A stretch of 64,000 bases of DNA, from the NCBI GenBank assembly GCA_040954595.2, contig CM082590.2:930001-994000 (forward strand), in the 5' to 3' direction. Every line of letters begins with the position of its first letter. Position 1 is the stretch's first letter. Of the stretch, positions 47,578 through 59,000 are shown in pieces. The notes under the pieces were generated by a model. The model was not told the DNA's origin, searched no databases, and was given only the letters and a program-made list of their open reading frames with translations. The DNA is from Balanoglossus misakiensis (taxonomy: Eukaryota > Animalia > Hemichordata). Both the position numbers and the translations under genes were made by a program.

Positions 47578-48619
47578 GAATTCCTGGCTGCAGTTATGCA
47601 TGCATGCATAACAACAGGCAGACGTAGTAGACGTATTCGTGCATGCATTGAATATAAAGATAAGGGGTGGACCATTTGATGTCCTTGGGAGTTTTGGGAG
47701 ATTACTTTTTGGCAACAAAACTTAGCTTTTCGTTAGTCATGAAGAAATATCCGGATACCTCAGAAAAGAAAGTAAAAGTAACTTGACAGCACAGGCGAAA
47801 ACATATTCTTTAACAAGTAGGATGAAAAATTTATGTCCCAGGCTTTGATTGTGGATGTCGACAAGTAATCAAAAAAATGTAAACGAATAAACAAACAAAT
47901 ATATAAATAAACAAACAAACAAGTAAACAAAGCAACATATGTAAAGAAAGAAATAATTTAATAAATGTTTGTTTGTTTGTTCGTTTGTCTACTTGTTTGT
48001 TTAATTGTTTTTGTTTACATGTTGGCATCAGCGAACAAAGCCTGGGCATCCTGTGGTCTCACTACCAATCTTCTTCCCCGGGGATATTAAATGGTCCACC
48101 CCTAAATAGATTAACTCTATCGATTCTTACCTGAACGGCACGAGCTCGAATTGGTCTTATTATTGCTTTATTAGAAAACCGAGCGTTTAACCTTTGATTC
48201 AGTCTACTTCCGGATATAATTTTCTGGATTTCTCTTTCCGTGACACCATGATACTTTGCTCGTAGTCTGTGCTTCAGTTTTCTTGAACCTATACCCTTGC
48301 AATATTTAAACTCTGTCCCAACCAACTTCTTAAGATCTGATTTCCTAAGCACTTCCTTCTTCTTAAAAAATAGCCTTTCTTCTCCTGTCACTGTTTTTAT
48401 TGAGAATGCTTCTTTGTTTCTCCAATATCTGATATAGGCATTCTTCTGTAACGTGGATCTTTCACTGACAGGAACAGTGAATTCCCCCTTCAGTAACTTG
48501 AGAAGTGTGTCATAGACATCGTCGTCGAGAGCAGACATCTGAGTCCGCCGCCTTCCACATGTACATTGCCCTATGGCATAAAGAACTAAAAACATCCAAA
48601 GGCCTGTCATCTTTATCAT
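45087..48619 (-). CDS. Two-exon integrase/transposase-OTU-F-box-like protein (exon 1 48619-48131, exon 2 47072-45087, ~824 aa)
   Basis: Phase-0 intron CAG|GTAAGA...TCATTTAG|GTC joins RARAVQ-VRHQVDL. DDE motifs QVDL, QCDNGGEF, GKVER; OTU DADGNCQFSAL..YGD..HY; LQSMPDEVLEMIISF. No stops or frameshifts. Confidence 0.88.
47173..47575. repeat. Compound microsatellite (TACA)n-(TATG)n-(TATC)n-(TGTC)n-(TTTC)n in the transposase intron
   Basis: Direct reading. Confidence 0.97.
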
Positions 48620-49380
48620 CTTACCATAGCCTATGTTATGACGACGAAGCTCGCTAATGCGGTACGGTATACGAAGGCCGCCTACACGTGTTCTTCGTAC
48701 ATGTGGTTACGTAATTATAGTATCATGTGATCCTCCATTCAACTGTCAGGTGACCTGTTTCGAACCCCTAGCCGTAAGCGCCCTCAACCGTTTGGCAAGG
48801 GAGAAGCACCGTTTGGTGTTGTGTAGCTAACCTCTCGCTGGGCATACATGCAATCAGCCCATAAGCCTGCATGGACGACGAGAGGGGCTGTGAGAGAGTC
48901 ATTTCAGAGGTCAAACCAAACTTTATTCCGTTAAAACTACATAAAGAGATGTTTTCCGATCATGTTTAACCCAAAAAGCTCCATAAACTAGTACAAGGGA
49001 CCGTTCAGTTCGTACCCCCGGGGCCTCCCCACCTCGGGTGATATGGGACAAATGTGGGGAATTAGCCCGGTGGTTGCAGTCCCCTACTGGGTGGATCCGT
49101 ATACTAACAGCCGAAAGTAATAGTTTTGCGAAATATAGCATAAAGCTAGAGGTTCAAACAAACAAAATTTACTTTGATTTCGTGTGGATGTAAAGGTTAG
49201 ATAAATCTATCACTATGTTAACTTTACCAGGACTATCAAGTTATTCGCTGGGTTAAGCGGGAAGTGTTGCCCCTTCTATCACCACCTCTATTGAAAATGG
49301 ATGAAATAATATTATGGTCTTTTACCAGAAAGACAAATGTGCCCCCCCCCCAAAAAAAAAAATACAAGCCACCTTTACCA

Positions 49381-50499
49381 TTACATAATGGGTTGAAGTT
49401 TATTACATATAGGGTTAACGTTTATTAAATATAGGGTTAACTAATAACGTTTTTTTACATGTAGAATTAAAGTTTATTACACATTGGGTTAAGTGTTATT
49501 ACATATTGGGTTAGTATTACATATTGGGTTAAGGTGTTATTACATATTGGGTTAGTATTACATATTGGGTTAAGGTGTTATTACATATTGGGTTAGTATT
49601 ACATATTGGGTTAAGGTGTTATTACATATTGGGTTAGTATTACATATTGGGTTAAAGTGTTATTACATATTGGGTTAGTGTTACATATTGGGTTAAAGTT
49701 TATTACATATAGGGTTAACTAATAACGTTTTTTTTCATGTAGTATTAACGTTATTTCATGTAGAATTAACGTTTATTACATATAGGGTTAACTAATAACG
49801 TATTTTTTTCATGTAGAATTAACGTTATTTCATGTAGAATTCAAGTTTATTACATATAGGGTTAACGTTTATTACATATAGGGTTAACTAATAACGTATT
49901 TTTCATTTAGTATTAACGTTATTTCATGTAGAATTAACGTTATTTCATGTAGAATTCAAGTTTATTACATATAGGGTTAACTAATAACGTATTTTTTCAT
50001 GTAGAATTAACGTTATTTCATGTAGAATTCAAGTTTATTACATATAGGGTTAACGTTTATTACATATAGGGTTAACTAATAACGTATTTTTCATGTAGTA
50101 TTAACGTTGTTTCATGTAGAATTAACATTATTTCATGTAGAATTCAAGTTTATTACATATTGGGTTAACTAAAAACGTATTTTTTCATGTAGTATTAATG
50201 TTATTTCATGTAGAATTAACGTTTATTACATATAGGGTTAACTAATAACGTATTTTTTCATGTAGAATTAACGTTATTTCATGTAGAATTCAACTTTATT
50301 ACATATTGGGTTAAGTGTTATTACATATTGGGTTAGTATTACATATTGGGTTAAGGTGTTATTACATATTGGGTTAGTATTACATATTGGGTTAAGTGTT
50401 ATTACATATTGGGTTAGTATTACATATTGGGTTAAGGTGTTATTACATATTGGGTTAGTATTACATATTGGGTTAATTATTACATATTGGGGTGATACA
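49381..50499 (-). repeat. Right TIR: inverted arrays of the same units
   Basis: Reverse complements of the left-TIR units in mirrored block order, with different copy numbers. Confidence 0.95.
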
Positions 50500-50880
50500 C
50501 CGGTCAGCGACTTGGGTGGCATCTCGATCTCCCGCCACATCTGCCCGTCGAGCGGTCGTACGTTTCTGTGAGGCAAGCTCGATAAGCACTGCGTCCAATG
50601 GCCGAAACTGGGCAAGAGGAGATATCTTCATGAAATATAAATCGTCATGCTGAATTAATCGGACCGCTTGCATCGTAGTAAACCCGTTGGCCGCTAACAC
50701 ATTCAGAGTTGGCAGTAAGATCCCATGTTGATCGGCCCAGTTTTGTACTTCAGAGTCCGGCGCGGCCACTGATTCGGGTACAGACCCAGATATAACGATC
50801 GAAGGATCAGGCACGGGCACCCGTAGGTAGCGTTTGAGGCGTCCTCGGCGTTGCCATTTTTTCAAAAATAGCAGGGTCAA
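50500..50880 (-). pseudogene. gag: DIRS gag, N-terminal fragment (SAM-like helical motif)
   Basis: VQNWADQHGI...LNVLAANGFTTMQAVRLIQHDDL...ISPLAQ; runs into the Ginger terminus. Confidence 0.65.
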
Positions 50881-52563
50881 TCGGGGGAGCGTTCAAGCCA
50901 AGTCTCAAAACTGTGGATAACGTAGGTTAGCGATAATCTCAGAAATCGTGACAATACCTCTGAATGGGTCAGTTCCGCTGTCTCAAGGATCGTGAAAGGC
51001 AAAGTGTACCACTTGAGTAAACGTACAGTCCGCTGCCAGTGTCGCTTGACACTACGGAAGGGAATAGCGTCCCGTGTCCAGCCTGCTGCTCCGCCGAAAG
51101 CAAAAGTGGCAATGACCAAAGCCCGGGAAACTTTCCCTCTGGCGGGCTTGAGACAGCATATGATTGGCTGGCACACGGACCCCTACTGTCCCCACCGCGC
51201 CTTAAACAGCGCTCACTTAGAGCTACTCCCTACTTCAATGCATACACATATGGCAAACACGGCTGTACTCGTCGATGGCGAAGGCAATTTTTACACCGTC
51301 ATTACTCCACAACGGAGCGGCTCACAACATTATAATTTCACGGTAACTTAGTTCAATATCTTCCTAACCTACCCAATTTTTTTCAAGACAAGAAATCTTT
51401 GCCGAGAGTCAAGGACCACAATTTAAACCAACATACCGAAACTGTCTATCTCGGGAACGCGTCGTTAAAACTTCACGAAAAATCATCCTATCATTGACTA
51501 TGGTGTTTCATACACGTCTTAGAAAAATGGATGCACTACGATCACTTGTAGTACCGAAAATCTCCGTTTGAAAATTTTTCGAACTGGCCGTAACTGCCAC
51601 TCAGTCACGTTCACATTCAAATAGATCTCTTTGATCTCACCGTCGTAATTAGTCTGCCTCCGTTCTGACTGTGTAGACTAAAAGCGAAGGAGAGCCCCCA
51701 ATGACGTCACACGTAACGGGACCGTTCAGACAGAGATTTTTTTGAAGGGGTGAACATTTATTAGGAAAACATTTATTCATCGACGAGAATAAAAAAGCGA
51801 CACCAGAATTCAAATCATGAATGCAATTTTAGTTTACGGTCAAACAATGAAAAATACATTTTGATAGGTGTAATAAACTCAGGTTTGATAAAGGTTCATA
51901 ACAAAGCTACACAGAAGCTTTCCGTAAGCCAAGCTTTTTAAAAGCTTTGACAGTTACTTTGGTCCAAGCTTGAGCGTAAACCTTGCCTTGTGATTCAACA
52001 AGAAGCTTTGGCAAATCTTTATTGAAAATTAAAGCTGCAGGCAGCATTGAAGGTGCCCAAGCATAGAGCTAGTGACGTCATTTTCCCATTAGGGACGCGC
52101 GAAATCCGAAACTTCACGATCAGCAGCATACCACAAAAGTCACCCCAAAATTACGTTTTTTTTTTCTGTTTAAAATGACATATTTTAAAGATTTTTTTTA
52201 CCCTTTTCCAGGAAAAATAGTATGCTTGAACATGACCTCGTTTATTCCTGTTTAAATAAATGTGAAAATTTTGACAGGACCTGGACTATAAGGGCCCTTT
52301 TCCCTTGCGGCGGCCCAATTATGTTTTTCCTAAATATTAACCAAAGACACAAATTCCAGTGTTTTCCTGATTCTAGAATAAAATTAAGAATTAAAGTCAG
52401 TTAAAAGTTATATTTTTTAGCTTTTTAATTTTTGGCTGATAATATACAAGAATCAATGTAATTTATTAAGGATTTTTAGCTATTTTGTCAAAAAAATCTC
52501 AACAACTAGTTTATTTTCCGGAAATTGGGATTTCTATGTCGTTGTTTTTCTAATGGTTATTAA

Positions 52564-53003
52564 ACCCCGGTGCGGAAAGTCCTGGGGTTCAGATTAACGT
52601 GTGTTTGTATAGTTGTTTATTTGGGAGTGGTCGTCGTGCATAATGACTGTGTAATTGCTCTCATGTACACAGAAAATAATTGAACACTTCACACTTCCAC
52701 GCGATTGACAACTGTTTGAATGGCGTGGTTATTGTTTCCCAGGGACGCTTCTGAAAAGCACTGAAACCAGATTTCTCCCAAAATCATCGTTGTTTCATAA
52801 GCTCGTGTACTTTTTCGTCGATAACTTTATGTAGTGTGTGTTTATAAAGCCAACTACTGTCGTTGTGTGGTGTAATTCTTTATGCTTGGACCTGTTTGGG
52901 CCGATTATCATAGAGCCAAGATCGTTGGTGTTGTCTGTTGTCAGTCAAGCGGCATTAAGATTCGCCACTGATTTGGGGGGTATTTTATACCCCGCACCGG
53001 GGT
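52564..53003. mobile_element. 440-bp non-autonomous TIR element with TTAA TSD
   Basis: TTAA|ACCCCGGTGCGG ... CCGCACCGGGGT|TTAA. A related solo end lies at 15971-15988. Confidence 0.85.
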
Positions 53004-56000
53004 TTAATTGTACGCCTATTGACAGCCAGTTTTGGCTTATTCACGGGACGTCCGGCGCTGGTCGCATGTCATCGGTCGACAACTTTGTTATTCAAGTCAT
53101 TTTGCGACTTGAACACGCGACGGACCTCATTTGTATCAAAACCTTACAACCGCCCTGATTAGTTGATAAAAAGTTGCAGCGGGCCGGTCGACTTCTTCCT
53201 CAAAATTAACATACGTTATGAACGAGGATGTGTGGGCAAAGGTCATGTGACGTCATGAGATTCAACTCTGGAACTCGCGCGATGGATTTTGCCTGGTCGA
53301 TGAACGTATGGCTACAAATATTTCAAAGGTGGGTAATTTTTAACAATATTGCGTCCGTGTGTACATGTTATTAAGAATAGTTGGCAAGTGCCTCTCAGAA
53401 AACTGGTGTTTTGAAAATTGTCTTCGAAAAAAACGACAACATTTATCAACATTTCCTCCGCACACGCTGTGACTTTGAAACAGGCCCGGGCAGGAGGCGT
53501 TCACGATGTTTAATGTGTAATCGCGGTCGTGTAATTGTTTTTGGGTGTATAAATATCCACAGACGCCGGAATCAATGTTGCGAAAACAGAGTTATGACAA
53601 CAGTAAATAATGGAAATATATACCTACGTGCGTTTGAAGACGGATTTAGAATTAATCGGAATAATATTTAATTTCTCATGTGAACTCTTCACCCGGCCGG
53701 GGCTGATGTGTCTTTGTAGAAATATGTGTAAGTCAGTGTTGGTTATGTCCGGGTCTTTATTTTATTGTATTTATTTTGAATAAACTTGTGTACATCCAGG
53801 TAAAAGTATGGATTTGTATGGAATCACTTACACATTAATTCAAGACAATTATATCCCAGAAGTCGAACCTCAACGTGTGTATTCAGTGAAAGGAACTCAC
53901 AGCATCATATATGATTCGATTTGAGTATGCGCTTGAATCCAATCATGTTGTGGAGATGGCCTGGAAACTTGGTTTGCATGGTGTTTCAGTGAGTATTATT
54001 TATGCTTTATGAATTTTTGCCGTATATTTTGTGGGTCATTTTAAGCAATTGATGATCAAATTTTACAGTTACTCTGAGGTAACCATTTAAAACACAAATT
54101 CTACCCAATGAATGAATTTCCTTAGAATTCACAACTTCGAGAGAGTTTGCATAAGACATTTTTCGTGTGCATTTTTCTGATGGTAATACATTTGACTGTA
54201 AACAAATACTAACATAAGTTAGTAGCGCTATTTTTTTGGGGGGGGGGGGATGGCTTCATGCTTTAATCCCCCCAACCAAAGTTGAAACAGAGTTAAATAT
54301 GCACAGCTTGATATTGTAAAATGTTGCTAAATTGAGGCATCAGTTCGGTCAACGATCACGTTCTTACAGCTATTATTCGAACCAGACAGTCTCACGGAAC
54401 AAGAGACATGGGCCTGATTTCCAAACAGAGTTGGAAATGACTTTGCCTGCCCCCGGATGTGTCAATTTTTGTGAATCTTATCCTATTTAAACATGAATAT
54501 GGAGAAGTATTCTCTGTATTCTGATTGTTAGCCTACATACATGTACCTTGAGTGATTCCAGTTTCTTCCGTATCCTGTGAATGGGGATTTAGTTACCAAA
54601 AAGATAGGCACTTCTCGGATTCAGTTACCAAAACCGGCGCTTCTCACAGCGCTAAGACCTAATCGACTGGGCAACTGTGTCTGTAGAATTAATCTGATTC
54701 CTCTTACTGGCCAAAGGACCACCAGTTGCATTTTCACAATTGCATATAAATAGATACCCCATTTAAAATTCTACCCTATGATTTTATCGACAATTCAAAA
54801 GTTTCATGTGTTGTAAGTGTTAATTACCATACCTAAATTTCCAAATATAAGAATGCTGTCAGTTTTCATGTGATTGATATTAATTTTACATTTTCAAATT
54901 TTGCTTCTCTGAATGATTATGAACACATCAAACTCATCTTATATAAACTGTCTTGATATAGTAAACATTACAGCCTACTACCAGTGTCACAACATTGATT
55001 TGCTGCATTTTTGCTCATGCTCTCTTACCAGTCAGTTGCTTCTGTATGTATGTAGGCTATGTATGTATGTATGGATGGATGGATTGTTTGATGTCCGTCC
55101 TCATAAAAAAAACTTGAAAACCACATCGCGTATCACCTTAATATTTTGTGTGTAGATACAGGCCGGTCTGTAGATAGTTCAAACGAAGTTGTCATCAGCA
55201 AAAATGTGCAAATTACCTGTTAAAATGTTAAAGTGATCAAACTCAGAAACTCAACAACTGGTCAGATTACTTTGAACATTTCTATGTATATACCTTATGA
55301 CATGCCTGATATACTTTGAGCTAATATCGGGAATTGTCTATTGTTTTTGTCTTATTCCACATTATTGGTAAAAAGTATTTTTCTCTAGCAGTGATTGACT
55401 GATCTCTCTGGAGTTTAGTATGACATTTCCTTTACGGTGATCTTAGTTAGTTTTGTTTAAATTGTGGCAACTTTTAATTTTTTGGCAATTTTTGTCATTT
55501 TTGGTCAAAAGTTATTTTCTCTGAAGCTCCTTGTCAGATTGCTTTTAAATTTTGGTAGTCCTGTTCCAATAGGTAACCCAAGTAATATTAAAGTTGTTTT
55601 GCTACAATTTTTTTCTGAAAAACTACTTTAAATTTAAAAATCTTCTTCTCCAGAACCAGCAATTACTGAGTCACGGGATTCAGTGTATGTGGTCATCTAA
55701 CCTATGTCTATCAAGTTTGCGAAGCGCACTGTGATTGGTCGATCATTATGGCGGCCATGTTGGATTTTCGGAAAACCATTGAAAAGTGAAAATTCCTTTT
55801 TGCAGTCATAATGTTGACAGCAAGGAAATTCTTTTTGTGGATATGAGTCATCATTTGACCAGAACTTGTCACAATTTTGGGGGCAATTTTCACATGACCT
55901 TTCACCCAGTTTTAAAACAACTAATTATATATGCATATTCCCCATACCTCCTCTTGTAAAAGCACCAGAGTCATGAATTTTGTGGACATGGGTACCAATC

Positions 56001-59000
56001 CTGCCAGGACATTACACAAATATTTTGGTAATTTTGGCAATGACCTTTGACCTATTTCTGAAACATCATTTTTCTGCATATCTAATTCCAGGCTAACCGA
56101 AAGGGCTAGCGGTCTGGTTCTTGTGGACATGGCCTACTATGGGCTCAAAATGTTATGCCCAAATTTTGGGTGACCTTGGGCGACCTTTGATCTTCTTTGC
56201 CATATCTCAGCATCCACTGCAGTTAGAGCCCTGGCTTTTGGGGCATTGAGCACATAATGGACCTCATTAATTATGTGCATACCTAATTATAGGCGAACCA
56301 ATAGGGCTAGGGGTCTGGTTTTTGTTGGACCCAGACAAGTATGGGGTCCAATTATTTTGCCCAAATTTGGGGTGACCTCAGGTGACCTTTGACCTACTCT
56401 CCCATATCTTGGTATCTACATGCTGGTTACCATGCAGCTTTAATTAGTATATTTCTCCATTCAGTATCAATTCTGCCTTGATGATATTTTAAGTCAATTG
56501 TCAAGATTCATGTACACATCTTACAACTTAACTATCTTGTCAAAAACTTTCGCATGTATATATGTACCTAAATCTAGACATACCAGTAGGGTTAGAGATA
56601 CAGTGTTTTACATTAACATGCATTAATAAGAATTTAAAATTTGATGGTTAATTTTGGACTCCCTTGATCTATTGTGACCTCATTAAATGTGTTCATATCT
56701 AATTCTTGGCTATCCATTGGAGGACGAAACCTGGACATGGACAACTTTGGGGTCAAAATCTTTTGACACTCTTTTGGTTGATCTTTGGTAAACTTTGCCC
56801 TACATTCCTATATCTTGGCATCCAGAGCAGATATATCCTTGACACTTGGAGTGATGGAACTATGTAATGGAGTATATTGTCTTGCCTCATTAATTTTGTA
56901 CATACCTAATGCCAGGCTAACCAATATGGCTGAAAGTGTGGCTTTTGTTTGACATAATGAATTTGAGATCGGCATTTTTCTACAGCAGCCATGTTTCACT
57001 TACGAAAGGATGGAAAATATAAAGGCTTGCATGGTAGACTGAACTGTTTACTTCCCTTCCCTGAGACTGTGTGCCAATGACGGGATAGCCTACTCAGCGT
57101 TGGGTAGATCCTAAGAAGGCCTCAGCCAGGTTTCAAATAAAAAGAAAGCGGAAATAGCTTGAATGGTGGGTTACATCGTTAACTTCCCTGCAGAGCTGAT
57201 TTCTCAGACTGTGAGCCAATGACGGGTAAAGCCTCTAGGTAGGGGCCACCTAAGACAGGCCAGTCATGCTTTAATTACAAAGAAGGGCAAGTTCAGTCTT
57301 ACCACAACTTTGTCTGCTGTATATGCCTCATAATGACTGCATGTTACTTTGAGAACACATTGTGTATAGGCAACTTGTGAACAGCTAAAATGTACTGGCA
57401 AACACAGCCAATGTAAAATCAAAAAAATATGGATGAATAAAAGACGTAAAAACACAGCAAAAGCACTGTGACTAACTCAGACATAATACTCCATTACATA
57501 GATCCACCACTCCAAGTGTCAAGGATGTATCAGCTCTGGATGCCAAGATATAGGAATGTGTGTCAAAGTTCACCCGAGATCACCCATAATTTTGTCGTAA
57601 AATTTTGACCCCAAAGTTGTCCATGTCCAGGGTTCTACCTCCAATGGATAGCCTACAATTAGATATGCACATTTTAATGAGTTTACCAGAGATCAAGCAA
57701 GTCCTAAATTAACCATTTCATTTTATTTTCATGTTAATTCATTTTAATATAAAACAAGTTGTATGTCTAACCTTACTGGTAAGCCTTTCAGTGTTTCATT
57801 CCACCCAATATGGGAAAGTAGGTAAAAAGTCACCCAAGGTCATTTGAAATTATGCTTATAAAAATCTGGTCCCTGACATTTGGTAAAGGGGTCAAGAAAC
57901 TTGGCAACAAATTTTCCTCCCAGAATAGAACTTTGAGGGAAAGAAGGAAGATGTTCATATTAAGCTTTGGTGTTTCAAATAGTAGAGAGGTTGCCCTGTT
58001 ATTTCAATAAAACCTTAAAGTCAACATTATATCCTTGACTCAAACTCAGAGTTGCCATGCTTTCATTATTTTCATGATTTTACTTTCGATCTTAAATTTA
58101 TCCATCCAAATAAGCTTACTGATAGGTATACATGAACATTTTATATGATGGAATGTGGCTGTATGTTGCAATATAAAGATGTTAGATATTAAACGAGTGT
58201 GTAATCAGCCTGCATATGAAGGGTACACATTGACAACTATTGTGGTATACATCGTCAAGAGATGACAAACCAATGCAAATACTAGTCATATGGTTCATTG
58301 GGGGGAAATGTCATCGAAGAAAAAGATGTGTAAAATTTGACATCTTGTGAGGCTGTAGATGTAAAATCTTTGAGATGTGTTTTACTCTTTGGGTCCCATT
58401 TCGTACATGTCTGTATACCATTGGGTCCAATGTGAAATTGGTCAAAACCCCAGAAGGAGCTGGTCAGATTGCTTAAGAAATTGTTGTGTACATTGTATTT
58501 TATTGAGACCTTATACAGATCTTTTTAAGTATATTTTTGGAGCGATTTTTGCCGTTTTGGTCAAATACTTGGAAACAGTTACCAATACTTATATGAAATT
58601 TAGTTTCCAGGTTCCTAGGTGTGTTTTCAAGACTATTTAGCAAACCCTATGATGGAAGTGTCAATATTGTTTTTTGTTGGCAAATTTTGCCATTTTTATG
58701 TGATTGCTTTTTAAATTTTGTTTGCAGTTTCGAGGGGAATTCTTACTGTAATATATGAAAAGTCTGCTGAAAATTTTGTATATTTGGGACATGTTTTCGA
58801 ATGTTGATAAAACAATCTTATTCTCAGAACATGCATGACTGATAACTTTAAAATTTTAGTTGAAAGTTAATGATATTTTCTTCTTCAAAAATATAATGGA
58901 ATCAAGTCATAGCTCAATTTGAATTGTTAGATATATTATAAAATGTTATTAGAAAAATAGAAAGAACCCTTACATTGTTCTTTGCAATTAAGGAAGACCC

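Larger units (their letters stand above)
42492..50499 (-). mobile_element. Ginger-type (Ginger2/TDD-like) DNA transposon with long modular TIRs
   Basis: Termini TGTATCACCCCAATATG / CATATTGGGGTGATACA; 5-bp TSD CCGGT (42487-42491, 50500-50504); Gypsy-like DDE integrase without RT. Confidence 0.92.
34482..51425 (-). mobile_element. Second DIRS/Ngaro-like YR retrotransposon (gag-pol-YR) interrupted by two insertions
   Basis: gag fragments at 50500-50880, 42257-42491 and 37432-38105; RT/RH; YR; bounded by a 26-bp direct repeat (boundaries inferred). Confidence 0.85.
29829..51876. mobile_element. Possible Kolobok-like DNA transposon shell hosting the nested elements
   Basis: TTAA|AGGAATTATTACACCTAT left end; partial inverted match ATAGGTGTAATAA at 51864-51876; accessory-gene remnant at 31938-32207. 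The right terminus and TSD are not intact. Confidence 0.35.

Noticed and set aside
47105-47718. Multiple YIHT/MYVC/SFFL ORFs
   Set aside because: Microsatellite translations within an intron.
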